DNA from: Gammaproteobacteria bacterium
GTDB lineage: Bacteria; Pseudomonadota; Gammaproteobacteria; Thiohalospirales; Thiohalospiraceae
DNA: 64,000 nucleotides
Assembly: GCA_014762495.1 (NCBI GenBank)
Contig: JABURT010000070.1
Span: 82,638 to 146,637, forward strand
Direction of reading: 5' to 3'
Shown: positions 7,999 to 16,775 of the stretch, one piece after another
Layout of the letters: each line of letters starts with the position of its first letter
Numbering within the stretch: position 1 is the first letter of the stretch
The notes under the pieces: generated by a model
The model's database searches: none
Seen by the model: only the letters and a program-made list of their open reading frames with translations
Told to the model about the DNA's origin: nothing
Program-made: the position numbers and the translations under genes

Positions 7999-8802
7999 AT
8001 GTCCCAGACAGTGAGCACCGCGGCCGATGATCCCCTGATCATCGCAGGCAAAGAATACCATTCCCGACTGTTGGTGGGCAGCGGCAAATACCGGGACCTG
8101 GAGCAGACCCGACTGGCCACCGAGGCATCGGGCGCCGAGATCATTACCGTCGCCATTCGTCGCACCAATATCGGCCAGACTCCAGGCGAACCCAACCTGC
8201 TGGATGTGGTACCGCCCGACAGGTACACCATTCTGCCCAATACCGCCGGCTGCTATAACGCCGAGGATGCTGTGCGTACCTGCAAACTGGCGCGCGAGCT
8301 GCTTGACGGGCACGACCTGGTGAAGCTGGAAGTGCTGGGCGACGAGAAGACCCTGTTCCCCGACGTGCAGCAGACCCTGAAGGCGGCCAAGTCACTTATC
8401 GACGACGGCTTCAAGGTCATGGTCTATACCACCGACGACCTCATCATCGCCAAGGAACTGGAAGACATGGGTTGTGTCGCGGTTATGCCCCTGGGCGCAC
8501 CCATCGGTTCGGGCCTGGGTATTCGCAATCCTTACAATATTCGCTTCATCATCGAGGAGCTCAAGGTGCCGGTACTGGTGGATGCCGGGGTCGGCACGGC
8601 CTCCGATGCCGCCATTGCCATGGAGCTGGGCTGCGACGGGGTATTGATGAACACCGCCATCGCCGGCGCCAGGGATCCGGTGCTCATGGCCTCGGCCATG
8701 AAGAAGGGCATCGAGGCCGGCCGCGAGGCCTTCCTCGCCGGCCGCATGCCGCGCAAGCAATACGCCAGCGCCTCTTCGCCCATCGACGGCACCTTTTTCT
8801 AA
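7999..8802 (+). CDS. thiG: Thiazole synthase ThiG
   Basis: [31 protein letters not shown]..., [31 protein letters not shown] at 7999 with RBS ACAGGA. The 5' extension in the ORF track (7954) overlaps thiS and is unlikely to be translated. Confidence 0.92.
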   Translation: MSQTVSTAADDPLIIAGKEYHSRLLVGSGKYRDLEQTRLATEASGAEIITVAIRRTNIGQTPGEPNLLDVVPPDRYTILPNTAGCYNAEDAVRTCKLARELLDGHDLVKLEVLGDEKTLFPDVQQTLKAAKSLIDDGFKVMVYTTDDLIIAKELEDMGCVAVMPLGAPIGSGLGIRNPYNIRFIIEELKVPVLVDAGVGTASDAAIAMELGCDGVLMNTAIAGARDPVLMASAMKKGIEAGREAFLAGRMPRKQYASASSPIDGTFF

Positions 8803-8811
8803 AAGTTTCGC

Positions 8812-9516
8812 GTGCAGGCTCGTCCGATGAGTGAGCAACCGTTGTTACGCCGAATCCGCTCCTTTGTCAGACGCGAGGGTCGCATGACGCCCTCGCAGCA
8901 AAGGGCCATGACCGAGTTGTGGCCACGCTACGGTATCGAGGCGGATGGCCAGCCGATAGACACGGAACAGGCCTTCGGCCGCCAGGCCCCTCTGGTGGTG
9001 GATATAGGCTTTGGCAATGGCGAGTCACTTCTGCACATGGCAAGGATCTACCCCGACTGGAACTTTCTCGGCATCGAGGTGCATCGGCCCGGTGTTGGTG
9101 GATTGATGTTACAGCTCGAGGAACAGGGCATCGACAATGTACGCGTCATGGACGAAGACGCGGTAGAGATCCTGGCGCAGCAACTTGTCGACGCCAGTGT
9201 TCATAAAGTCCTGCTGTTTTTTCCCGACCCCTGGCACAAGAAAAGGCATCACAAGCGGCGCATCGTCCAGCCCGGCTTCGCCCAACTGGTGCACCGCAAG
9301 CTGATGAGAAACGGTGAGTTTCACATGGCCACCGACTGGCAGAACTACGCCGAGCACATGCTGGAGGTGATGGAGGCGGCCGATGGCTATGAAAACATCG
9401 CCGGTGCGGGACAGTTCTCTGAAAGGCCGAACTATCGCCCGGTGACCAAGTTCGAGCGCAGGGGGCAGCGCCTGGGCCATGGCGTGTGGGACCTCATTTA
9501 TCGCAAGCTCGAATAG
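8812..9516 (+). CDS. trmB: tRNA (guanine46-N7)-methyltransferase TrmB
   Basis: VVDIGFGNGESL (SAM motif) and FFPDPWHKKRHHKRR are TrmB signatures. The thiS-thiG-trmB order is known from pseudomonads. The start could instead be the ATG at 8827. Confidence 0.9.
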   Translation: MQARPMSEQPLLRRIRSFVRREGRMTPSQQRAMTELWPRYGIEADGQPIDTEQAFGRQAPLVVDIGFGNGESLLHMARIYPDWNFLGIEVHRPGVGGLMLQLEEQGIDNVRVMDEDAVEILAQQLVDASVHKVLLFFPDPWHKKRHHKRRIVQPGFAQLVHRKLMRNGEFHMATDWQNYAEHMLEVMEAADGYENIAGAGQFSERPNYRPVTKFERRGQRLGHGVWDLIYRKLE

Positions 9517-9522
9517 CCTGGG

Positions 9523-10818
9523 CTAGACACCCTTGAGCAGGCAAAGACAGGTTTTCAATTCCATCATCTGCTCGGTGATTAGCGCAGAATAGATATTCTG
9601 CAGGAACTGGGTGTCGTGTTCGATGGAGCGCGAGAACAGAAACAGCATTTCAATGGAAAGTTCTTCGATGACCTTATGCAGTGTCGTCGCCTCATGTTCC
9701 TGCTCCTCCAGGCACCATTTGTATATAGATGGATGGCTGTAGAGCAGGAATCTCAACAAGGCCTGTCGCAAGGTCAACATCAACATGTAGCTGAAGGGAT
9801 CGGGAAAGCGTATATACCACTCCCTTAGCAGGCAGTTTTGCAGGTGGCGGCTGAGATAGTCCTCTATCTGTGAGCGCGCGATGTCGAGGATGGCGTGCTT
9901 GCGCCGATGATACACCTGGTGCAGCCCCTCAATCTCGGTGGTAAAGGGATTCTCGTCGTGAAGCTCGCGCACATAGCTGTTGATGATGTCGTTGATATAC
10001 GGCGTTAGCGGTTCATCCTGGTAGTGCTGGCTGCGAATCAAAAATATGGACTGTACCGTAATGAGTCCCAGCTTCTCCTCGTCAACATAGTGTTCCAGTC
10101 GCTCGCCAAGCAGTGATTTGATCTCTTTCGAGCCGAGTCGCTCAAGCTCCTGTTCGACGAATTGAGAGGCCTCCTCGCCGCAGTCGTTATTGTACTGGGC
10201 ACTGAGGCGATGACTGCTGTAGCAGAGTGTATACATCTTCTGCTTGGAGGTGAGCATGGGATCAAAGGCGATCTGCAAGAAGTAGTCACGTACCGTGGGA
10301 AAGTGTTTCTCGTAACATGTACCGTCCCGGGTGCTGATGCGATTGGATATGGCATCACCGACATCCCTGGGTAGGATCTGACGGTCCACCTCGATAAGGC
10401 CGGGACGATTGCTCGACGAAAGGCAGCCACGCACGACCTCGGGGCAGGAGAAGGCCCCCGCCACCTCGATATCACCATCGATTTCATAGATGACGCGGGG
10501 GAAAAAGGTGCAGGTATTGCCGAGTGCGTCAAAGCCCCCAAGGGTCTGGATCCGGCACAGTTGCTGTGCATCGAGAAAGGGGCAGAAGCCGTTGTCCTTC
10601 ATCTCGATGCTGGCATAGGCGTCATTCTCTTCATCCTCAACGCGGACCACCGATTCAACAACGATATTGGCCAGGACAGGGTGCTTATCCGCGAGCCGTT
10701 GCAGGGCAGCATAGTGCTGGTCGTCGATACGCACCGCCCACTGTTTGCAACAGGTGTCCTCGCACTCGCTGCCGATGCAGCGGAAGCTGGCCATGTAGTC
10801 GGTGGAATAGAACGTCAC
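9523..10818 (-). CDS. FliB-family (flagellin lysine-N-methylase-like) Cys-rich protein
   Basis: 431 aa. The N-terminus, FRCIGSECEDTCCKQWAVRID, then GFCPFLDAQQLCRIQTLGGFDALGNTCTFFPR and SCPEVV, reproduces the Cys pattern I recall from Salmonella FliB (FSCSGSACRDHCCKGWKITLD ... CPYLDEDRLCRVQ ... CSSFPR ... CPEV). Confidence 0.55.
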   Translation of the reverse strand: MTFYSTDYMASFRCIGSECEDTCCKQWAVRIDDQHYAALQRLADKHPVLANIVVESVVRVEDEENDAYASIEMKDNGFCPFLDAQQLCRIQTLGGFDALGNTCTFFPRVIYEIDGDIEVAGAFSCPEVVRGCLSSSNRPGLIEVDRQILPRDVGDAISNRISTRDGTCYEKHFPTVRDYFLQIAFDPMLTSKQKMYTLCYSSHRLSAQYNNDCGEEASQFVEQELERLGSKEIKSLLGERLEHYVDEEKLGLITVQSIFLIRSQHYQDEPLTPYINDIINSYVRELHDENPFTTEIEGLHQVYHRRKHAILDIARSQIEDYLSRHLQNCLLREWYIRFPDPFSYMLMLTLRQALLRFLLYSHPSIYKWCLEEQEHEATTLHKVIEELSIEMLFLFSRSIEHDTQFLQNIYSALITEQMMELKTCLCLLKGV

Positions 10819-10903
10819 TCGGATGCCTTAAAATCATTATAAGATTGAGCATGTTATCGGCGTTTTTTGATAATATTTAACAGCCATGTGCTTGGCCTGA
10901 GGA

Positions 10904-11431
10904 GTGTGTCACAGTACACTTGCCCTAGACAGTAGCAAGCAGGAGCTCAGTCCCGTTTTGGCCCAGTTCAATCAGTTTCTACCTATCCTCATTGGCGCCT
11001 TGGTTGCCATCGTTTCCATGCTCGCGGGAGGCTGGGTGCTGTACCGGTTTCTGGACTATCGCGAACGTAAGCGCAACCTTCGCGAGCAGCTCGGTGAGTT
11101 GTTGTCACAGGCCTATGAAGTCGAGCATTGGCTCAAGCGTCTGCGCTCTGCCGAACTGCTCAATGGACCGCCCATCAACGAACCCAATCCGATGAAACAT
11201 GTAAAGACCATCTCACGTCTGTACGTCCCCGTCGTTCGGCCCGAGGTACGCAAGCTGGATCGCGCGGTTGACCAGTTCGAGGAATGGGTACACGAGGGCG
11301 TGGCGGAGAAGAAGGCCACTCGCAGCGTCAGCGACAAGACACTGTCAAAATACCCGGTGGTCCAGCGAGCCGTTATGGATGCCATTACTGATCTCGCCAA
11401 TCGCGCCGAGAGTCTGGTGGTGCAGCGATGA
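10904..11431 (+). CDS. Hypothetical single-pass membrane protein
   Basis: 175 aa. One TM helix (FLPILIGALVAIVSMLAGGWVLY) followed by a charged helical domain. Its stop overlaps the ycgL start (ATGA, 11428-11431). The GTG start is uncertain. Confidence 0.5.
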   Translation: MCHSTLALDSSKQELSPVLAQFNQFLPILIGALVAIVSMLAGGWVLYRFLDYRERKRNLREQLGELLSQAYEVEHWLKRLRSAELLNGPPINEPNPMKHVKTISRLYVPVVRPEVRKLDRAVDQFEEWVHEGVAEKKATRSVSDKTLSKYPVVQRAVMDAITDLANRAESLVVQR

Positions 11432-11712
11432 TCACGGCCGTATACAAAAGCCGTCGTAAGACCGATACCTATGTCTATGTCATTAAGCAGGAAGACGAGG
11501 CGACCAATCTGGACGTGGTGCCGGAGTCGGTGCGCACGCCCTTGGGTCAGCTCGACTACGTGATGGATATTGACCTGTCCACGCGCGATAAACTGGCGCG
11601 CGTGGATATCGAGGCCTTGAAGCGTGCACTGGATGAGAACGGCCTGTATATCCAGATGCCGCCGACCCAGGAAGAGCTGACCAGGCTGGATGAAACCCTG
11701 TCCAGGCTTTGA
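11428..11712 (+). CDS. ycgL: YcgL domain-containing protein
   Basis: 94 aa. MITAVYKSRRKTDTYVYVIKQEDE...GLYIQMPP parallels E. coli YcgL ([22 protein letters not shown]...GYYLQLPP). Confidence 0.75.
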   Translation: MITAVYKSRRKTDTYVYVIKQEDEATNLDVVPESVRTPLGQLDYVMDIDLSTRDKLARVDIEALKRALDENGLYIQMPPTQEELTRLDETLSRL

Positions 11713-11790
11713 GCGGCAAAACATTGGTATAGAGCCAGGGCGAAACGTTCGATCTTGTCGCCTGTGAGACAAAACATCGGGAGCATAAGA

Positions 11791-12228
11791 GTGAACAAGT
11801 GGTTACTGAGAGCCGGTCTTTTCCTGATGCTCTCGCCGGTCGTTCAGGCCAGCGATACGGGCAGCCTCAGCGTCAACTTTACCGGCCTGAAGCCCGGCGC
11901 GGGCGAATTGGTAGTGACCCTGTTTCGTGACGGCGAGCACTGGCTTGACGGGGAGAAGGCCTATCGCAGACAGCTCGTCCCGGTTTCGGCGGAGAAAGTG
12001 AGCGTGCGTTTCGACGGCCTCGAGAGCGGTGATTACGGTCTGTACGCCTTTCACGATGAGAATGCCAACCGTGAGTTCGATATGCGCTGGTTGCCCTGGC
12101 CCAAGCCAGCCGAGGGCGCAGGGGTGTCCAATAATGCCCTGCGCAGTGGGCCGCCCAGGTACGAAGACGCACGCTTTCGGTTTGATAGCGATGATATGGA
12201 GTTAACGGTTGAGTTCACGTATTACTGA
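11791..12228 (+). CDS. DUF2141-family periplasmic protein
   Basis: Signal peptide (V)NKWLLRAGLFLMLSPVVQA from GTG 11791 (RBS GGGAG 7 nt upstream). GELVVTLFRD...GDYGLYAFHDENANREFD...PAEGAGVSNNA is typical of DUF2141. The TTG at 11755 in the ORF track is less likely. Confidence 0.6.
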   Translation: MNKWLLRAGLFLMLSPVVQASDTGSLSVNFTGLKPGAGELVVTLFRDGEHWLDGEKAYRRQLVPVSAEKVSVRFDGLESGDYGLYAFHDENANREFDMRWLPWPKPAEGAGVSNNALRSGPPRYEDARFRFDSDDMELTVEFTYY

Positions 12229-12255
12229 TAAATTCAGTTGTCGTGGGGTTGGTGG

Positions 12256-13758
12256 ATGAAGGCTCGCCACAACGTCAAGAGCAAGTCGATACTCAACCAG
12301 AGCAATGTCACTTTCCTAATCGCTTTGGGCCTCATCATTCTGCTGGGCCTGGCCGTTATCGTTTCCTTTATCAAGTTCTCCGAACGCAATACCGAGCTGT
12401 CGGCGCAGCGACTCGTCGACAGTGTCGGTCTGGCCATCGAGGAGCGACTCCATTTCTACCAGACATTGGTAGACAATATCGCCGCGCGCAAGGACACCCA
12501 GATCATTCTCGAGCTGGGTGCGGTCAGTGAGGCCGAGGCCTGGTCATCGAAGCAAAGGCAATTGATACCCAACGCCATTTCACTGGCCCTCGTGGACAAG
12601 GATACTCAGGTGATGGGGGATGCCGGCGAGTTGAGAGTCGGTCCTCAATGCCGGACAGACCTGCGCAACTATATCGATCGGGATCAGTCCTATCGCATGA
12701 GTTTGCATGACGAAATCCCCGAATTCGCCCACTTCGATGTGGTCTCACCCGTGACCGATGATAGCGGCATGCGCATCGGTCTGGTGTTCGCCTCGTTCTC
12801 CATTGATGTGCTGAACATGACACTCAAGAAGCTCGCGGGGGATCAAAGCAATATGGTCCTGAGAGGTGAGAATGGTCGTGTTATTACCGAGTACCAACAA
12901 GTTGACGCGGGCAATTTTTACCGGGCCGAGAGTACCTTGAACAAAGGTGACTGGCATCTGCAACTGGAAATCATACCGCACAGAGATCACATTACCATTC
13001 TGGGCCTGATTGCCTTCATGTTCGCCGTGGCTCTGCTGTTTATGACACTCATGATCATACTCTCTCGTCGCCAGGTCACGGGTCTTCTCAGTGAATTTGA
13101 GAATATCCGCCAGCACCTGGATGCGGTCTTGAATTACGACTCGGACAAGGAACCGTTACCGGCGCGATACCGAGAGACAGAGGCGATTCTGCCAACCATT
13201 CACAGCCTTTCCCATGCCATGGGTAGTCGCGCCCGCTATCTGTCGCGCCTGAGTGAAACCGACTCACTGACAGGTCTGGGCAATCGCCGCTCCTATGACG
13301 AAAAAATCCGGCACGCCTGGGAAAGTGTCCTGGCCGGTAACCGGCTCCATCTGATCTACCTGGACCTCGATTACTTCAAGCAGTGCAATGATCACTACGG
13401 TCATGCCACCGGCGACAGCGTCCTCAAGATGTTCGCCGAATGTTTGACCCAGCACACCCGTCCCAATGATGTCCTGATTCGCATGGGTGGGGATGAGTTC
13501 GTGGTCATGCTGGAGGGTATGCAGGAGGACGCGATCGACGAGTGGTACCAGCGTATCGCGGATTGTTTTCAGCAGCGCCAGGTCGAGGCGGGGATCAATG
13601 AACCGCGATGCACGGTCAGTGCCGGAGCGACGCATATGCGCGCCGAAACCGATACCGTTGAAGCCGTCGCCAAACAGGCCGATAGCGCCCTGTATGAGGC
13701 CAAGGGTCAGGGCCGCGGCCGTTTGGTGATTCATGAGAACGTTAAGTCAGCTACTTAG
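12256..13758 (+). CDS. Sensor diguanylate cyclase (periplasmic sensor domain + GGDEF with I-site)
   Basis: Two TM helices flank a periplasmic region of about 230 aa. Canonical GGDEF at 13486-13500 (RMGGDEFVVML). RxxD I-site (RPND, 13459-13470) exactly 5 residues upstream. ATG at 12256 is preferred over TTG at 12238. Confidence 0.85.
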   Translation: MKARHNVKSKSILNQSNVTFLIALGLIILLGLAVIVSFIKFSERNTELSAQRLVDSVGLAIEERLHFYQTLVDNIAARKDTQIILELGAVSEAEAWSSKQRQLIPNAISLALVDKDTQVMGDAGELRVGPQCRTDLRNYIDRDQSYRMSLHDEIPEFAHFDVVSPVTDDSGMRIGLVFASFSIDVLNMTLKKLAGDQSNMVLRGENGRVITEYQQVDAGNFYRAESTLNKGDWHLQLEIIPHRDHITILGLIAFMFAVALLFMTLMIILSRRQVTGLLSEFENIRQHLDAVLNYDSDKEPLPARYRETEAILPTIHSLSHAMGSRARYLSRLSETDSLTGLGNRRSYDEKIRHAWESVLAGNRLHLIYLDLDYFKQCNDHYGHATGDSVLKMFAECLTQHTRPNDVLIRMGGDEFVVMLEGMQEDAIDEWYQRIADCFQQRQVEAGINEPRCTVSAGATHMRAETDTVEAVAKQADSALYEAKGQGRGRLVIHENVKSAT

Positions 13759-14642
13759 TTCAAATAGCTCTGCACCCAGGCCAGTACCAGCGTCAGACTG
13801 AAAACACTCATAATATTGGCGATGAAGACGATCGACGCCACTCGCCTGGGTTCGACATTATACTTTTCGGCCACCATGTAGTTGAGGACCGCCGGTGGCA
13901 GTGCAGCGAACACCATGAGATAGGCGAATTGCTGCGCAGAGAGTTCGATCCACTGTGTGACCAGCAGCGCCATGATAAGACCGCTGGCCGGTGCCAGCAG
14001 TCCCGACCAAAGCCCCAGTTTCCAGTCCCCCAGATCGGCATTCACCATGCGTATGCCCAGCGTAAACAGCATCAGCGGGATGGCGATCTGTCCCAGCATG
14101 TCGATGGGCACGGCCAGTGTGGTGGGGACGGGAATGGACATCAGGCTGACGGTAATCCCCAGAATGCTCGCCAGTATCATGGGGGTACGCACAAGACTCA
14201 GTATGCTGGCCCGATGGTTGACCATGTACATGCCCACCGTGAAATGCAGCGTGTTCTCCACCAGGAACAGGACGATGGCGGCGGCTAGCGCTTCTTCGCC
14301 GAAGGCGAGCAGCAGAATGGGGATGCCCATGTTGCCGCTGTTGGTGAACATCATGGGTGGCAGGAAGGCGCGCCAGCTGACCTTGAGCGGTCGCACCAGG
14401 GGCCATACCAGCAGGCCCGATCCCAGTACCACGAGGCAGGCCGCCAGGGTCAGCGCTTGATAGCTGGCGAGCTGGAAGCCCTTCTCCGACAGCGCACTGA
14501 AGATCAGCGCCGGTGTGAAGATATCCATATTCAGGCGATTGGCGGTCTCGATGTCGGTGGGTCGCCAGCGTCCGTACAGATAACCGAAGGCGACGATGAG
14601 AAAGACCGGCAGGATGGTCTGGATGACAGACAACAGGCTCAT
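13755..14642 (-). CDS. AEC (auxin efflux carrier) family transporter
   Basis: 295 aa, about 10 TM helices. The N-terminus MSLLSVIQTILPVFLIVAFGYLYGRW is typical of AEC/YfdV-like permeases. Its 3' end overlaps the convergent GGDEF gene by 4 nt. Confidence 0.75.
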   Translation of the reverse strand: MSLLSVIQTILPVFLIVAFGYLYGRWRPTDIETANRLNMDIFTPALIFSALSEKGFQLASYQALTLAACLVVLGSGLLVWPLVRPLKVSWRAFLPPMMFTNSGNMGIPILLLAFGEEALAAAIVLFLVENTLHFTVGMYMVNHRASILSLVRTPMILASILGITVSLMSIPVPTTLAVPIDMLGQIAIPLMLFTLGIRMVNADLGDWKLGLWSGLLAPASGLIMALLVTQWIELSAQQFAYLMVFAALPPAVLNYMVAEKYNVEPRRVASIVFIANIMSVFSLTLVLAWVQSYLN

Positions 14643-14669
14643 AGCGGTTTCGTATTTCCGATCACTGGA

Positions 14670-15593
14670 TTAGCAGGCGGGCCACAACCAGGCCGCACCG
14701 CGTACGCCGCTGGAGTCGCCGTGTCGGTTCTGTAACAGGCGCGTGGTGACCGTATCGGAGAAGATATAGGGCCCCCACAGGTTTGGCACGTTTAAGTAGA
14801 GCCGCTGCAGGTTGGACATGCCGCCGCCGAGGACGATGACGTCCGGGTCCAGGACATTGATCACCGAGGCCAGGGCTCGCGCCAGGCGCTCTTCGTAGCG
14901 AACCAGACAGGCATGGGCCCGCTCGTCGCCCGCCGTCTCGGCCAGCTTGGCGATTTCAATCGCGCTCAGGGCCTGGCCGCCGTGTTGTTGATAATCCCGC
15001 GCGAGGCCCGGACCCGATAGCCAGGTCTCAATACAGCCCTTACGGCCGCAGTAACAGGGCGTACTCAGCTCGTCGGCTTCGGGCCAGGGCATGGGGTTGT
15101 GACCCCACTCTCCGGCGATGGCATTGGGACCGGTGAGAAGCCTGCCATTGACCACGATGCCTCCGCCGCAGCCGGTACCAAGTATGACACCGAAGACCAC
15201 GGAGGCGTCGGCGCCTGCACCGTCCGTGGCCTCGGAGATGGCAAAACAGTTGGCGTCATTGGCCAGTCTCACGGGACGATCGAGGGCATGCTCCAGGTCG
15301 CGGTCCAGTGCCTGGCCAATGAGACAGGTCGAGTTGGCGTTCTTGACCCGGCCTGTGCTCGGGGAGATGGCGCCTGGGATGCCGACCCCGACATGGCCCT
15401 GTTGCCCCAGATCCGACTCGATGCCTTCAATCAGCGTGACAATGCGGCTTACGGTCGCGACATAATCACCGCAAGGCGTCTCCACTCGTCTGCGCATAAG
15501 CGGCTTGCCCGCAGCGTCCAGGGCAATGGCTTCTATCTTGGTACCGCCGAGATCGACCCCGATACGTACGGCCTGTTTGATTTCATTTGTCAC
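14670..15593 (-). CDS. mak: ROK-family sugar kinase, Mak (fructokinase/mannokinase)-like
   Basis: Matches E. coli Mak motif by motif: GVDLGGTKIE, GIPGAISPSTGRVKNANSTCL, VRLANDANCFA, GEWGHNPMPW, PCYCGRKGCIETWLSG, LDPDVIVLGGGMSN, HGDSSGVRGAAWLWP. Confidence 0.85.
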   Translation of the reverse strand: MTNEIKQAVRIGVDLGGTKIEAIALDAAGKPLMRRRVETPCGDYVATVSRIVTLIEGIESDLGQQGHVGVGIPGAISPSTGRVKNANSTCLIGQALDRDLEHALDRPVRLANDANCFAISEATDGAGADASVVFGVILGTGCGGGIVVNGRLLTGPNAIAGEWGHNPMPWPEADELSTPCYCGRKGCIETWLSGPGLARDYQQHGGQALSAIEIAKLAETAGDERAHACLVRYEERLARALASVINVLDPDVIVLGGGMSNLQRLYLNVPNLWGPYIFSDTVTTRLLQNRHGDSSGVRGAAWLWPAC

Positions 15594-15760
15594 CGATGTC
15601 TGGCCATGGTTAAGTCCCTGAGGGGCATTATGGGATAATTATTCCATTCAAAACAAGGCGTTATATCTCTGGGAGACTTGCATGGCTGTATTCTATACAA
15701 TACGCCATCAAAAATTTTACAAACCAGAATACAAGCAAGTGCCAGATATAGGGGATTCGC

Positions 15761-16651
15761 ATGTCCGTTAAACATCCGATCATCGCGGTTACCGGTTCTT
15801 CCGGTGCCGGTACCACAACCGTCAAGCGCGCCTTCGAGCACATCTTCTTCCGTGAGAAGGTTAAGCCCCTGGTGGTCGAGGGCGACAGCTACCACCGCTT
15901 CGACCGTGCGGCCATGAAGGAGCAGATGGCGAAGGAAGCCGAGGCCGGCAACAACTTCTTCAGCCATTTCGGTGAGAATGCCAATGAGTTCGGCAAGCTG
16001 GAAGAGACTTTCAAGAGCTATGCCGATTCCGGTAAGTGTCAGCGTCGTTACTACTTGCATAGTGACGAGGAAGCGGCGGAGCACAATGCCCGCCTGGGTA
16101 CCTCTCTGAATCCCGGACAGTTCACCCCCTGGGAAGACATCAACGAGGATACCGACCTGCTGTTCTATGAGGGTCTGCACGGCCTGGTCAAGACCGACAA
16201 CAGCGACGTTGCCCAGCACGTCGACCTGGGTGTGGGCGTAGTTCCCATCGTCAACCTGGAGTGGATCCAGAAGATCTTTCGTGACAATGCCGAGCGCGGT
16301 TACGACGCCGAAGTCATTGTTGACACTATCCTGCGCCGCATGCCCGACTACGTAAACTACATCACGCCGCAGTTCTCGCGCACCGATGTAAACTTCCAGC
16401 GTGTCGCCACCGTAGACACTTCCAATCCCTTCATTGCGCGTGATATCCCCACGCCCGATGAAAGCTTCATCGTGATCCGCTTCCGCGATCCCAAGGATTT
16501 TGGTGTCGACTTCCCCCACCTGCTTAACATGATCCAGGATTCCTTCATGTCTCGCCGCAATACCCTGGTGGTTCCCGGTGGCAAGATGGGATTTGCAATG
16601 GAGTTGATACTGGGGCCCAAGATAGAAGAAATGCTGGGTAAGAAACGATAA
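15761..16651 (+). CDS. prk: Phosphoribulokinase (Calvin cycle)
   Basis: 296 aa. MSVKHPIIAVTGSSGAGTTTVKRAFEHIFFRE...VVEGDSYHRFDR is the bacterial class I PRK N-terminus with its P-loop. Confidence 0.92.
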   Translation: MSVKHPIIAVTGSSGAGTTTVKRAFEHIFFREKVKPLVVEGDSYHRFDRAAMKEQMAKEAEAGNNFFSHFGENANEFGKLEETFKSYADSGKCQRRYYLHSDEEAAEHNARLGTSLNPGQFTPWEDINEDTDLLFYEGLHGLVKTDNSDVAQHVDLGVGVVPIVNLEWIQKIFRDNAERGYDAEVIVDTILRRMPDYVNYITPQFSRTDVNFQRVATVDTSNPFIARDIPTPDESFIVIRFRDPKDFGVDFPHLLNMIQDSFMSRRNTLVVPGGKMGFAMELILGPKIEEMLGKKR

Positions 16652-16677
16652 ACCCGCCTTCACTTCTGTTAAGCGAA

Positions 16678-16710
16678 AGGCCGGATGACTATCCGGCCTT
16701 TTTTGTTTTT
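16678..16710 (+). terminator. Rho-independent terminator of prk
   Basis: AGGCCGGAT-gact-ATCCGGCCT (9-bp perfect stem) followed by TTTTTGTTTTT. Confidence 0.85.
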
Positions 16711-16775
16711 ATGAACCAATCGATATATCACCTACGTGCGTCATACTAGGCTTAATAACATAACGATATTAATGG

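Noticed and set aside
15590-16663. 357-aa ORF on the minus strand covering the whole prk locus
   Set aside because: It is exactly antisense to a phosphoribulokinase with unmistakable motifs. Its translation has no recognisable motifs. Long stop-free antisense frames are expected in GC-rich genes.
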